Of a stretch of DNA of 64,000 bases, positions 19,130 through 31,024 are shown in pieces. Source of the stretch: Myxococcota bacterium (lineage in GTDB: Bacteria; Myxococcota_A; UBA9160; UBA6930); NCBI GenBank assembly GCA_965223415.1, contig OZ245002.1, forward strand, positions 1,696,001 through 1,760,000. The letters run 5' to 3'. Positions within the stretch are counted from its first letter, which is position 1; each line of letters starts with the position of its first letter. The translations under genes and the position numbers were made by a program. The notes below the pieces were generated by a model, which was not told the DNA's origin, did no database searches, and saw only the letters and a list, made by a program, of their open reading frames with translations.

Positions 19130-20613
19130 TATCTGGCGAGGGCGGCGATGGATTGGTGGGTCCAGTCGAGGAGGGGGAGCCAGGTGAAGGTGCCGGGGGC
19201 GAGGCCCAGGAGGAGCACGCCGGCGGCGCAGCTGGTGAGCACGGCCAGCTCGAGGAAGTCGAGCTCGCGGCGGTGGGGGCGCTCGCGGCGCGGGCGCATG
19301 TACATCGCGATCGGCAGGCGCAGGTAGTAGTAGGCGGAGACGACGCTCGTCACCGCCAGCAGCAGGGCCAGGGGCAGCTGGCCCGCGCTCACGGCGGCCA
19401 GGAAGATCTGGAGCTTGCCCATGAACCCGGCGGTGCCGGGAATGCCGGCGAGGGACAGCATGAAGAGCACCATCAGCGCCGCCAGCCCGGGGCGCCGCTT
19501 CGCCAGGCCGTCGTAGTCCTCGAAGCGGTCGGCCTCCTCGCCACGATGGGTGAGCGAGATCATCACGGCGAAGGCGCCGAGGGTCCCGAACACGTAGGCG
19601 GCCAGGGTGAAGAGGAGCGCCGCGCGGCCGTCGGCGGTGCCGCCGGCCAGGGGAACGAGCAGGTAGCCCGCATGCGCCACCGCCGACCAGGCGAGCATGC
19701 GCTTCACGTTGGCCTGGATCACGGCCATCATGTTGCCGACGATCATGCTCGCCACCGCGAGGGCCGCGAGCACTGCGTCGAGATCCGCCACGCCGCCGAA
19801 CGCCTGGGCCAGCACCCGTAGCAACGCCGCGAAGGCGGCGACCTTCACGGTGACGGCCATGAACGCCGTCACCGCCGTCGGCGCGCCTTCATAGACATCC
19901 GGCGTCCACTGATGGAAGGGCACCGAGGAGGTCTTGAAGGCGAAGCCCACCAGCACGAGCGCCACACCCGCCACCCCCAGCGGATCGCCGGGGGTGAGGC
20001 GCTGCGCGAGCGCGTCGTAGTGCGTGGCACCGGTCGCGCCGTAGACCAGGGCCATCCCGTAGAGCAGGAGCGCCGTCGCGAAGGACCCGGTGACGAAGTA
20101 CTTGAGGGCGGACTCGTTGCTGCGCAGCTTGCCCCGGTCGAAGCCGGCCAGCACATAGAGGGGAATCGACGCGAGCTCGATGCCGAGAAAGACGCCCAGC
20201 AAGTCGACCGCCGAGACGAGCAGCGCCATACCCGCCGTCGAGAGGAGCAGCAGCGCGTAGAACTCGCCGTTGTGGATGCGCAGCTCCTGCAGGTAGCCAT
20301 TCGCCAGGAGACAGGCGAGCAGGGCCGCCAACGCGACCAGGGCGATAGCGAAGTTGGAGAAGCGGTCGAGCCGCAGGAGCGGGTGAGCCGGGTTGAAGGT
20401 CTGCGCCTCGCCGACGGCGAAGCCCTGGGCGGCAATCACCACCACGAGCAGCAGGGTGATGCCAGACACCCCGACCAGCACGCTCCCCGCCCCGCTCTTC
20501 CCCGTGCCTCGCGCGTTCAGGAAGAGCTCTGCGAGCAGTACCGCGAAGGCCCCGATCGCCAGGAACAGCACCGGCAGCACCGCGCCGAGGTCGAGGGACG
20601 GAGTGGGGATCAT
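19129..20613 (-). CDS. nuoN: NADH-quinone oxidoreductase subunit N
   Basis: ESALKYF, FKTSSVPFHQWTPDVYEGAPT, KRMLAWS, SLAGIP. Confidence 0.93.
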   Translation of the reverse strand: MIPTPSLDLGAVLPVLFLAIGAFAVLLAELFLNARGTGKSGAGSVLVGVSGITLLLVVVIAAQGFAVGEAQTFNPAHPLLRLDRFSNFAIALVALAALLACLLANGYLQELRIHNGEFYALLLLSTAGMALLVSAVDLLGVFLGIELASIPLYVLAGFDRGKLRSNESALKYFVTGSFATALLLYGMALVYGATGATHYDALAQRLTPGDPLGVAGVALVLVGFAFKTSSVPFHQWTPDVYEGAPTAVTAFMAVTVKVAAFAALLRVLAQAFGGVADLDAVLAALAVASMIVGNMMAVIQANVKRMLAWSAVAHAGYLLVPLAGGTADGRAALLFTLAAYVFGTLGAFAVMISLTHRGEEADRFEDYDGLAKRRPGLAALMVLFMLSLAGIPGTAGFMGKLQIFLAAVSAGQLPLALLLAVTSVVSAYYYLRLPIAMYMRPRRERPHRRELDFLELAVLTSCAAGVLLLGLAPGTFTWLPLLDWTHQSIAALAR

Positions 20614-22229
20614 CGCCGCTCCAGGGCGGTCTGGATCCCGGGCGTCGCCGGGGGCTCGGCGGTGAGCGCCATCCGCACATCCATCACCCGCAGCGTCTCG
20701 CGCACCGAGGGGTGAATGCGCTTCAGGAAGGTCTCGGGATGAACGCCGATCCAGAAGATGGGGACGAGAAGCGCGACGAGCACCGCTTTCTCGCGGCCAC
20801 CGAGGTCGATCAACCCCCGATTCTCCGCCACCTCGACCGGGCCGAAGAGGACGCGCCGCATCATCCACAGCATGTAGACGGCGGCGAGCACCACTCCGGC
20901 GGTCGCCGCCGCCCCGACGGCGGCGTTCACGCGGAACGTACCCAGCAGGATCAAGAACTCGCCGACGAAGCCGTTCAGCATCGGAAGGCCGATGCTCGAG
21001 AAGACCACCACACCGAAGATCGCTGCGAAGACCGGCATCGGCTTCGCGATGCCGCCGAACTCGGCGATCTCCCGGGTGTGCCGGCGCTCGTAGAGCATGC
21101 CGACCATCAGGAAGGCGGCGCCGGTGCTGATGCCGTGGTTCACCATCTGGAGCACGCTGCCTTCGAGGCCTTCGACGTTCAGGGCGAAGATCCCAAGCAT
21201 CACGAAGCCCAGGTGCGCGACGGACGAGTAGGCCACGAGCCGCTTGACGTCGCTCTGCACCATCGCGACCAGCGCCCCGTAGAGGATGCCCGCCAGGGCG
21301 AGGCCGAAGAAGAGGGGCACGGCCTCCGTCGCCGCGACGGGGAAGAGCGGCAGCGCGAAGCGCAGGAATCCATAGCCGCCCATCTTGAGGAGCACGCCCG
21401 CCAGAAGCACCGAACCTGCGGTGGGTGCCTCGGTGTGGGCGTCGGGCAGCCAGGTGTGCAGGGGCACGAGCGGCACCTTGATCGCGAAGGCCAGGGCGAA
21501 GGCGCCGAAGAGCCAGCCCTGGGTCTGCCACCAGGGCACGCCCGCGAGAGGGACGATCGTGTCGAGCAGCGCCGGAGCCTGGCTCCCGGGCGGCGCCATC
21601 AGGTCGAAGCTCCAGGTGCCGAACTGCTGGGCGTGCATCCAGGCCAGGACGACCAGTGCCACCAGCATGAGGAGCGACCCGAGCATCGTGAACAGGAAGA
21701 ACTTCACCGCCGCGTACACGCGATGAGCACCGCCCCAGATGCCGATCAGGAAGACCATCGGCACGAGCATCAGCTCCCAGAAGACGTAGAACTGCAGCAC
21801 GTTCAGCGACGCGAAGGTGCCGAGCATGCCCGTCTCCAGGAACAGGAGGAAGAAGACGTAGCCGCGCAGCGAGCGCAGGACCTCGTTCCAGGAAGCGATC
21901 AGCACGAGGGGAACCAGGAAGGCGGTGAGCAGGACGAGCATCAGACTGATGCCGTCGAGGCCGACGTACCAGCTGATGCCCAGCGCCGGAATCCACGTCG
22001 TGTGCTCGACGAACTGCATCTCCAGGAGCGTCGGGTCGTAGCGGATCCAGAGCAGCGCTCCGAGCACCAGCGTGGCCAACGAGGCGCCGAGCCCGAGCCC
22101 CCGCCACACCTGGACCGGCACGCTTCCTCCCGCCGCGCGAGCCACGCCGTCGAGGGCGAGGAGCAGGAGGGCCGCCGCGAGCGGAAGGAAGATCACCCAG
22201 GCCAGCAGGTTGGGGAGCTCGGTCACCAC
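20610..22229 (-). CDS. nuoM: NADH-quinone oxidoreductase subunit M
   Basis: FYVFWE, IKVPLVPLHTWLPDAHTEAPTAGS, LLKMGGYG, GFVGEF. Confidence 0.95.
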   Translation of the reverse strand: MVTELPNLLAWVIFLPLAAALLLLALDGVARAAGGSVPVQVWRGLGLGASLATLVLGALLWIRYDPTLLEMQFVEHTTWIPALGISWYVGLDGISLMLVLLTAFLVPLVLIASWNEVLRSLRGYVFFLLFLETGMLGTFASLNVLQFYVFWELMLVPMVFLIGIWGGAHRVYAAVKFFLFTMLGSLLMLVALVVLAWMHAQQFGTWSFDLMAPPGSQAPALLDTIVPLAGVPWWQTQGWLFGAFALAFAIKVPLVPLHTWLPDAHTEAPTAGSVLLAGVLLKMGGYGFLRFALPLFPVAATEAVPLFFGLALAGILYGALVAMVQSDVKRLVAYSSVAHLGFVMLGIFALNVEGLEGSVLQMVNHGISTGAAFLMVGMLYERRHTREIAEFGGIAKPMPVFAAIFGVVVFSSIGLPMLNGFVGEFLILLGTFRVNAAVGAAATAGVVLAAVYMLWMMRRVLFGPVEVAENRGLIDLGGREKAVLVALLVPIFWIGVHPETFLKRIHPSVRETLRVMDVRMALTAEPPATPGIQTALERR

Positions 22230-22236
22230 CGCCCCC

Positions 22237-24255
22237 TCACGCCACCAGGTAGCCGACGATCGCCAGGGTTCCGGCGAGCATCACGAAGAGGTACCCCTGG
22301 GCGAGCCCGGACTGGGCGTGCCGGAGCATGTCGGTAGCCAGGGCCCGCACGCTGCGAGCGCTGCCGTCGACGAGCACGCGGTCGATCAGTCCCGCGTCGA
22401 TGGCGCGATGCAGCACGCGATCCGAGAAGACGAGGAGCGGGCGCACCAGCACGCGGTCGTAGAGCTCGTCGACCCAGAAGCGCGCCTCGACGAGCCGATG
22501 CAGAGGGGCCACGACCCGACGCGCCCTCTCGGGAACGCCGGGAGCCGTCACGTAGAGCAGGTAGGCGAGGCCTGCGCCGGCTGCCGCCACCAGCGTGGCC
22601 ATGCCCGCCAGCCGCCACTCGACGGCCCGATCTACTCCGTGGGCGACCGACGGGAGGGTGGGTGCCAGGAAGTTGGCGAAGCTGTTGGCGTCCTCGATCG
22701 GAATGAAGGCCTCGGAAGGCCCGAACACGACGCCCCCCGCGATCGCGAACAGAGAGAGCACCACCAGCGGAATGGTGACGGTGCGGGGCGATTCCTGGAT
22801 GTTCGCCTGCAGCTCGCGCGGCACCCGGCACTCGCCGAGGAAGATACGGAAGTAGAGGCGGAACACGTAGAACGCGGTCAGGCCGGACGTCGCGATGCCG
22901 ATGCCGTAGAGGGTCGCGTGCCCGGGCACGTGGTGGGCGAGGTACACCGAGAGCAGGATCTCGTCCTTGGAGAAGAAGCCGGAGAAGTAGGGCGCACCGG
23001 TGATGGCGAGGGCGCCCGCCAGGAACGCGAGGCGCGTCCACAGGAGGTAGCGGTGCAGCCCGCCCATCCTGTCCATGTCCTGCTCGTGGTGCATCGCCAG
23101 GATGACCGAGCCCGCCGCCAGGAAGAGCAGCGCCTTGAACCAGGCATGGGTCGTGAGATGCCAGATCGCGGCGGTGTAGGCGCCACAGCCCGCCGCCAGG
23201 AACATGAAGCCGAGCTGGCTCACGGTCGAGTACGCCAGCACCTTCTTGATGTCGCTCTGGGCCGTGGCGATCATGGCCGCGAAGATCGCCGTCAGCGCGC
23301 CGGTCCACGCAATCACCGCGGAGGCCCCCGGCGCCGCCGCGTAGAGGAAGTCCAGCCGGCACACGAGGTAGACCCCGGCGGTCACCATCGTGGCCGCGTG
23401 GATCAGGGCGGAGACCGGAGTGGGCCCCGCCATCGCGTCGGGCAGCCAGACGTAGAGGGGCAGCTGGGCGGACTTCCCGACCGCCCCCAGGAAGAAGCAC
23501 AGCCCGATGAGCGTGGCGAGCCTCAACTGCCCGGCCCCGAGCCAGGCCGGGAGCTGGACGGTCTGCTCGGCGATGGCGGGGAACGCCGCCTGGATGTCGG
23601 GGAAGGCGATGGCGCCGCGCCCGGCCTCGTAGAGCGCCCAAAAGAGCAGCAGCATGCCGACGAGGAAGCCGAAGTCCCCGATCCGGTTCACGACGAAGGC
23701 CTTGGTTCCGCAGTGCGCGTTCCACTCGTCGCTGTACCAGAAGCCGATCAGCAGGTAGGAGCAGAGGCCGACGCCCTCCCAGCCGAGGAAGACGAGGAGC
23801 AGGTTGTCGGCCAACACCAGCACCAGCATCGAGAAGGTGAAAAGGTTCAGGTAGGCGAAAAAGCGCTGGAAGCCCTTGTCGTCCCGGTCGTCGTCGTCCA
23901 TGTAGCCGATGGAGTAGACGTGGATGAGGAAGCCGACTCCAGTGACGATCAGGATCATCACGGCGGAGAGCGGATCGAGCAGGAGCGCGACCTCGGCGCT
24001 GAAGGGGCCGGCGCCGATCCAGGTGTAGAGGCCGTCCCGGAGCACCCGGCCTTCCGGCGGCAGACTGGTGAGCGCGAGCAGCGCGAAGAACGAGAGCACG
24101 AAAGAGAGGCCGACGGCGCCGCAGGAGAGGCCGATGGTGACGAGGCGCGAAAGGGGCTGGCGCAGCAGCCCGAGGCACACGCCGTGGATCACCGCAGCGA
24201 TCAGCGGCAGGGCCGGGATCCAGTGCAGCAGCTCGTAGTCGTCGGTGCCCGTCAT
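22237..24255 (-). CDS. nuoL: NADH-quinone oxidoreductase subunit L
   Basis: GWEGVG, NRIGD, KSAQLPLYVWLPDAMAGPTPVSALIHAATMV, GFFSKDEI. Confidence 0.96.
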   Translation of the reverse strand: MTGTDDYELLHWIPALPLIAAVIHGVCLGLLRQPLSRLVTIGLSCGAVGLSFVLSFFALLALTSLPPEGRVLRDGLYTWIGAGPFSAEVALLLDPLSAVMILIVTGVGFLIHVYSIGYMDDDDRDDKGFQRFFAYLNLFTFSMLVLVLADNLLLVFLGWEGVGLCSYLLIGFWYSDEWNAHCGTKAFVVNRIGDFGFLVGMLLLFWALYEAGRGAIAFPDIQAAFPAIAEQTVQLPAWLGAGQLRLATLIGLCFFLGAVGKSAQLPLYVWLPDAMAGPTPVSALIHAATMVTAGVYLVCRLDFLYAAAPGASAVIAWTGALTAIFAAMIATAQSDIKKVLAYSTVSQLGFMFLAAGCGAYTAAIWHLTTHAWFKALLFLAAGSVILAMHHEQDMDRMGGLHRYLLWTRLAFLAGALAITGAPYFSGFFSKDEILLSVYLAHHVPGHATLYGIGIATSGLTAFYVFRLYFRIFLGECRVPRELQANIQESPRTVTIPLVVLSLFAIAGGVVFGPSEAFIPIEDANSFANFLAPTLPSVAHGVDRAVEWRLAGMATLVAAAGAGLAYLLYVTAPGVPERARRVVAPLHRLVEARFWVDELYDRVLVRPLLVFSDRVLHRAIDAGLIDRVLVDGSARSVRALATDMLRHAQSGLAQGYLFVMLAGTLAIVGYLVA

Positions 24256-24258
24256 CCC

Positions 24259-24555
24259 CTACCCCTCGAGGAGGCTCGCGTCCTCGACGTTCACCGTCTC
24301 GCGGTTCCGGAAGAGGGCTATTACGATCCCGAGACCCACCGCCACCTCGGCGGCGGCGACCACGACGACCATCAGGACCAGCACCTGGCCCGTGTGGTCC
24401 GCCCATTGCCGGGAGAAGGCCACCAGCGCCAGGTTCGCGGCGTTCAGCATCAGCTCGATCGACATCAGCACCACGACGACGTTGCGCCGCACCAGCGCGC
24501 CGACCGCCCCGATGGCGAAGAGGATCGCCGAGAGGGCGACAGCTTCCGCCACCAT
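24259..24555 (-). CDS. nuoK: NADH-quinone oxidoreductase subunit K
   Basis: RRNVVVVLMSIELMLNAAN, AAAEVAVGL. Confidence 0.93.
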   Translation of the reverse strand: MVAEAVALSAILFAIGAVGALVRRNVVVVLMSIELMLNAANLALVAFSRQWADHTGQVLVLMVVVVAAAEVAVGLGIVIALFRNRETVNVEDASLLEG

Positions 24556-25052
24556 CAGTCCGCGCTCCGGCGGGCGAGGATGACCGCGCCGACCATGGCG
24601 GCCAGGAGCAGCAGCGAGCTCGCCTCGAAGGCCAGCACGTAGTCCGTGAAGAGCAGCGCCCCGAAGGCGCGGTAGCCGCCGAAGCCCTCGGGCAGGGCGA
24701 CCGGCTCCGGGAGCCTCGCCGGGAGCAGGCCCAGGAGCGCGACGGCTCCCGCGACGCCCAGGGCGGCCGCGATCGCCTTCGTCGCCCACTGGCGCCCGGG
24801 CCGGAAGGCGTCCCGCCGCAGGTTCAGCAGCATCACGACGAACAGGAACACCACGACAATGGCGCCGGCGTAGACCAGGATCTGCAGCACGCCGATCAGG
24901 TAGGCTTCCAGCAGCACGTAGATGCCGCCGAGCGAGACCATCGTCGCCACGAGCGAGAGGGCGCCGGCCACCGTGTTGCGCACGTTCAGCACCATGCCGA
25001 GGGCGCCGGCCACCGCGATCGCGGCGAAGGCGTGGAAGATCCATTCGCTCAC
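24555..25052 (-). CDS. nuoJ: NADH-quinone oxidoreductase subunit J
   Basis: QILVYAGAIVVVFLFVVMLL, FEASSLLLLAAMVGA. Confidence 0.92.
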   Translation of the reverse strand: MSEWIFHAFAAIAVAGALGMVLNVRNTVAGALSLVATMVSLGGIYVLLEAYLIGVLQILVYAGAIVVVFLFVVMLLNLRRDAFRPGRQWATKAIAAALGVAGAVALLGLLPARLPEPVALPEGFGGYRAFGALLFTDYVLAFEASSLLLLAAMVGAVILARRSAD

Positions 25053-26197
25053 GGGAAGAGCGCCTCGATCCACAGGATCACGGCGCCGGTCACGAACACG
25101 TTGGCGATGGAGAGGGGCAGGATGACCTTCCAGCACAGGTCCATCACCTGGTCGTAGCGGAAGCGAGGCAAGGTCCAGCGCAGGGCCATCTGCAGCCAGA
25201 TCATGAACACGACCTTAGCCAGGAAGCAGAGGACGTGGAGCACGAGGCACAGGCCGGTGGCGAAGCCCTCGCCGAAGCCGCCGGCCACGAAGGCCACCAG
25301 GGTCTCCTGGGGAAGGAAGGGAATCGACCAGCCGCCCAGGAAGAGCGTGGTGACGATGCAGCCGATCACCGGCACCTCGAGGAACTCGGCGGTGTAGAAG
25401 AGGCCGAAGCGCATCCCCGAATACTCGACGTGGTAGCCGGCGACGATCTCGCTCTCCCCCTCCGGCGCGTCGAAGGGCGGGCGCTTGTTCTCGGCCATGA
25501 TGCAGGTGAGGAAGAGCACGAAGCCCAGGGGCTGGACGAAGACGCCCCACGTCGGCACGCGAATCCAGTCGAGGAACCACGGGAGGCTCACGCCCAGGGC
25601 CTCGACGAAACCGAGCAGCCGGAAGCTGCCGTCCTGCCAGACGGCCATCTCGGGCAGGCGCAGGGTCTCGTAGACCATGAACAGGCCCACGATCGAGAGG
25701 CCCATCGTCACTTCGTAGGAGATCATCTGCGCCGCGGCGCGCATCGAGCCGAGCAGGCCCCAGTTGCTGGCGCTCGACCAACCGGCCATCACGGCGCCGT
25801 AGGTGGCGATGGACCCGGCTGCGAAGACGAAGAGGATGCCCCAATCGACGTCGGCGACGACCAGGCTCAGCGTCGTCGTGCCGAAGGTGTAGACACCGCC
25901 GAAGGGAATGACGGCGAGGGTCGCGATGGCGGGCACGATCGCGACGACGGGCGCGAGCAGGTGCAGGATGCGGTTCGCGCCAGCGGGAACCACGTCCTCT
26001 TTGGAGAAGAGCTTCAGTACGTCCGCGGCCGGGTGCAGCAGGCCCAGCGCGGTGACGCCATGGAGATCGGCACGGTTCGCGCCGATGCGATCCTGCATCA
26101 CCGCGCTCTGCTTGCGCTCCACCCAGGTGATGAGCGGCAGCATGCCCCCGACGATCACCAACACGATGAAGAGCAGCTCGAGGACGACTTCGAGCAC
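25049..26197 (-). CDS. nuoH: NADH-quinone oxidoreductase subunit H
   Basis: ERK...QDRIG, ADVLKL, AQMISYE, PFDAPEGESE, TLPRFRYDQ. Confidence 0.95.
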   Translation of the reverse strand: MLEVVLELLFIVLVIVGGMLPLITWVERKQSAVMQDRIGANRADLHGVTALGLLHPAADVLKLFSKEDVVPAGANRILHLLAPVVAIVPAIATLAVIPFGGVYTFGTTTLSLVVADVDWGILFVFAAGSIATYGAVMAGWSSASNWGLLGSMRAAAQMISYEVTMGLSIVGLFMVYETLRLPEMAVWQDGSFRLLGFVEALGVSLPWFLDWIRVPTWGVFVQPLGFVLFLTCIMAENKRPPFDAPEGESEIVAGYHVEYSGMRFGLFYTAEFLEVPVIGCIVTTLFLGGWSIPFLPQETLVAFVAGGFGEGFATGLCLVLHVLCFLAKVVFMIWLQMALRWTLPRFRYDQVMDLCWKVILPLSIANVFVTGAVILWIEALFP

Positions 26198-26200
26198 GGC

Positions 26201-27669
<1,469 letters not shown>

Positions 27670-27670
<1 letters not shown>

Positions 27671-28968
27671 CAGAGCGCAAAGCTCTCGGGGAAGGGACAC
27701 TTCTGCGCGCGCACGTGCTCCCGGAGCTCGCCCTCGAAGTGGCGCAGCAGGCCCTGCACGGGCCAGGCAGCGGCGTCGGCGAAGGCGCAGATCGTCGCCC
27801 CCTCCATCGTTCGGGCCACGTCGCCGAGCACGCCGAGCTCCGCCTCCGTCGCCGCGCCCCGCTCGACCCGCAGCAGCAGCTTGTGCATCCAACCCGTGCC
27901 CTCGCGGCACTGGGTGCACTGGCCGCAGGATTCGTCCCGGAAGAAGCCCGAGACGACGCATCCCACCCGCACCATACAAGTGGTCTCGTCCATCACGACC
28001 ACTCCGCCGGTGCCGAGGGCGGTGCCGTGCTTGCGAAGGGACTCGTTCGCCATCGGCACGTCGAGACGGCTCGCGGGCAGCACCGGCATGGAGACGCCGC
28101 CCGGGATGACCGCCTTGAGCTTCCGGCCCCCCGGCACGCCGCCGGCGTGCTCGAACACGATCTCGTCGAGACGGGTCCCGAGGGGCAGCTCGTAGAGACC
28201 CGGTCGTTCGACGTGGCCGGAGACGCCGAAGAGGGTCGTGCCCGGGCTTCGCTCCGTGCCGATGCCACGGAACCACTCGACGCCCCGCGCGAAGATGTGG
28301 GGCACGTGGCAGAAGGTCTCGACGTTGTTCACCGTCGTCGGTCGACCGAAGGCTCCGCGCTCGGCAGGGTAGGGAGGCTTGCGCCGCGGCTGCCCCTTCT
28401 TCCCTTCCAGGGACTCGAGGAGTCCGGTCTCCTCGCCGCAGATGTAGGCGCCCGCGCCGCGCACCAGCACCACCTCGTGGGAGAACCCGCTGCCGAGCAC
28501 CCGCGGGCCGAGCACGCCGGCAGCGCGCGCCTCTTCGATGGCCCGACCGAGGATGCGCGCGGGCTTCGCGTACTCGCCGCGGACGTAGACGAAGGTGGTC
28601 TCGGCGCCGGTGGCGAAGGCGGGGATGAGGATGCCCTCGAGGAGCTGGTGGGGCCCCCGCTCGATCAGCATGCGGTCCTTGAAGGAGCCGGGCTCGCTCT
28701 CGTCCGCGTTGCACACCAGGTAGCTCGGCCCGTCCCGCTCCGTCGGCATGAACGACCACTTGGTGCCCGCGTCGAAGCCGGCGCCGCCGCGCCCCTGCAG
28801 GCCGGCGCGCTTCAGGGTATCGATCACCTCACTCGGACTACGCCCGTTGAGCACCCGGCGCGCCGTCTCGTAGCCGCCATTGGCCCGGTAGCCCGGGAGC
28901 GTCGCGAAGCCGTCATCGCCGAAGTGCTCGCTCAGGTAGCCGGTGACGTGGGGCGCGGGATGGGCCAT
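27670..28968 (-). CDS. nuoF: NADH-quinone oxidoreductase subunit F
   Basis: GRGGAGF, NADESEPGSFKDR, GAGAYICGEET, ESCGQCTQCREG. Confidence 0.96.
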
Positions 28969-28976
28969 GTCGCGGG

Positions 28977-29441
28977 CTACTCCAGCCCGTCCAGGAGCTC
29001 TCGCACCCGCGCCCAGTCGAGGTCTTCGTGATAGGCCTCGTCGACCCGCAGCATCGGCGCGTAGCCGCAGGCACCGAGGCACTCCTCGTGGCCGAGGCTG
29101 ACGCGGCCATCGCCGGTGGTGGCGCCGGCCCGCACCCCCAGGTGCGCTTCGATGCTGCGCAGCAGATCCCGACCGCCGCGCAGCGAGCAGGAGAGGCTCG
29201 TACAGACGTTCACCTGGTGGCGCCCTCGGGGCCGGTCGTGGAATTCGTTGTAGAAGCTGATCACCTCCATCACCTCGGCCGGATGCAGGTCGAATAGCGC
29301 CGCCACCTCCCGCGCCGTCTCGTCCGAGAGATGGCCCAGCTCGTCCTGGACGAGCCGGAGCGCGGCCAGGAGGGCGCCACGCTTCTCCGGCATCTTCGCG
29401 ATCTCCGCGTCGATCGCGGCTCGCGTGGCTGCGCTCACCAT
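28977..29441 (-). CDS. nuoE: NADH-quinone oxidoreductase subunit E
   Basis: VCTSLSC...ECLGACGYAP 2Fe-2S ligands; start overlaps the nuoA stop. Confidence 0.92.
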   Translation of the reverse strand: MVSAATRAAIDAEIAKMPEKRGALLAALRLVQDELGHLSDETAREVAALFDLHPAEVMEVISFYNEFHDRPRGRHQVNVCTSLSCSLRGGRDLLRSIEAHLGVRAGATTGDGRVSLGHEECLGACGYAPMLRVDEAYHEDLDWARVRELLDGLE

Positions 29442-29788
29442 TCGAGCGCGCCCTTCTTCCACTCGTAGAGCAGACCGATCACGAGGGGCACGCTGAACAC
29501 CGCCATCACCGCGAGACCGTAGGCGCCGAGGTCGCGGAAAAGGGCGCCCCAGGGATAGAAGAACACCGCCTCCAGGTCGAAGAGCACGAATAACATCGCG
29601 ACGAGGTAGAACTTCACCGAGAAGCGCTGGTTCGGCGAGACGATCTGCGACTCGCCGCACTCGAAGGGCTCGAGCTTCTCGGCAAACTCGCGCCGCGGCG
29701 AGAGCAGCCGGTGCAGCACGAGGAAGACGGCGGCGATCAGCAGAGCCAGCGCGAGGATCAGCAGAATGCCGACGAACTCGGCGAGCAT
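29435..29788 (-). CDS. nuoA: NADH-quinone oxidoreductase subunit A
   Basis: PFECG, FYLVAMLFVLFDLEAVFFYPW, YEWKKGALEW. Confidence 0.95.
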   Translation of the reverse strand: MLAEFVGILLILALALLIAAVFLVLHRLLSPRREFAEKLEPFECGESQIVSPNQRFSVKFYLVAMLFVLFDLEAVFFYPWGALFRDLGAYGLAVMAVFSVPLVIGLLYEWKKGALEW

Positions 29789-29899
29789 GGTGCGCGGCCC
29801 CCCCTACCGCGAAGTTCCGCTAACTACCCGTCCCAGAAGCGGAAATTCGCGCGGAACCTAGCCGTGTGGAGAGCGCCCGTCAATGTACACTCGCCGGCC

Positions 29900-30904
29900 A
29901 TGCCCACCCCCCTGGCCGTGCTCGGCGCCGGAAGCTTCGGCACCTGCCTGGCCGTGCTGGCCGCGCGCGAGCACGACGTCACGATCTGGGCGCGAGACGC
30001 GGGCACCGCCGAGACCATTCAACGCGACCGCCGCAACCCGCGCTACCTGAGCCACATCGAGCTGCCCGAGAGCATCACGGCCACCGCCGATCTTGCCGAG
30101 GCGCTGACCGACCGGGAGATCGTCGTCTGCGCGGTGCCCAGCCACGGCGTGCGCGACGTGATGGGGCGCGCCGGCAAGGTGATGGACCCGGGCGCGATCC
30201 TGGTCTCGACCGTGAAGGGCATCGAAGTCGAGACCGGCATGACCATGCACAAGGTGCTGGAGGACGTCCTGCCCGAGGCCCTGCACCCGCGCATCGTCTG
30301 CCTCTCGGGGCCGTCCTTCGCGCGGGAGGTGGCCGAGCAAAAGCCCACGGCGGTCACCCTGGCGTGCCGCGAGGAGGGCTACGCGATCGCCGTGCAGACC
30401 GCCCTCTCCTGCCCCTGGTTTCGCTGCTACACCCACGACGACGTGGTGGGCGTCGAGATCGGCGGCGCGCTCAAGAACGTCGTCGCCATCGCGGTCGGCA
30501 TCTGCGACGGCCTCGAGGCCGGCCTCAACGCCCGGGCCGGTCTGATGACGCGCGGGCTGCGCGAGATCACCCGGCTGGGAGAGGCGCTCGGCGCCCATCC
30601 CCTTACCTTCCTGGGGCTCTCCGGAATGGGCGACCTGATCCTCACCTGCACCGGGGATCTCTCCCGCAACCGGACCGTCGGCATCGAGATCGGTCGCGGC
30701 CGGCGCCTCGATGAGATCGTCGCCGGGATGGACCAGGTGGCGGAGGGCGTGCGTACCACCTACGCCGTCTGCGACCTCGCGACCCGCCTGGGCGTGGAGA
30801 TGCCCATCGCCTTCGGGGTGCGGCAGATCCTGAACGGCGAGATCGAGCCGGCAGCCGGCGGGCTGGCGCTGATGACGCGACAGCTGCGGTCGGAGACCGA
30901 GTAG
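29900..30904 (+). CDS. gpsA: NAD(P)H-dependent glycerol-3-phosphate dehydrogenase
   Basis: GAGSFGT, KGIE, SGPSFA, GALKNVVAI, GDLILTC, SRN, EGV. Confidence 0.95.
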   Translation: MPTPLAVLGAGSFGTCLAVLAAREHDVTIWARDAGTAETIQRDRRNPRYLSHIELPESITATADLAEALTDREIVVCAVPSHGVRDVMGRAGKVMDPGAILVSTVKGIEVETGMTMHKVLEDVLPEALHPRIVCLSGPSFAREVAEQKPTAVTLACREEGYAIAVQTALSCPWFRCYTHDDVVGVEIGGALKNVVAIAVGICDGLEAGLNARAGLMTRGLREITRLGEALGAHPLTFLGLSGMGDLILTCTGDLSRNRTVGIEIGRGRRLDEIVAGMDQVAEGVRTTYAVCDLATRLGVEMPIAFGVRQILNGEIEPAAGGLALMTRQLRSETE

Positions 30905-30959
30905 GCCGGGGTCCGCGAACACGTTCTCGCTTCTGGGATTTCGCTGCGGGGACGGGCGG

Positions 30960-30988
30960 TTGACGCCCCGCCACGAGGCGCGTAGCCT
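30960..30988 (+). promoter_or_regulatory. Sigma70-type promoter for feoAB
   Basis: TTGACG-17 bp-TAGCCT upstream of feoA. Confidence 0.6.
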
Positions 30989-31003
30989 GATCGTCCTCCA
31001 AGA

Positions 31004-31024
31004 AATCGAAATTCATTTTCAGTT
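31004..31024. promoter_or_regulatory. Putative Fur box
   Basis: AT-rich imperfect palindrome AATCGAAATTCATTTTCAGTT (minus strand TGAAAATGAATTTCG) between the promoter and the feoA start. Confidence 0.6.

Noticed and set aside
18126..19135. Target-site duplication or CTAG target at the transposase locus itself
   Set aside because: The flanks (CCCCCGGGGAC and ATCTGG) show no duplication and no CTAG, so the CTAG rule is claimed only for the two non-autonomous hairpins.
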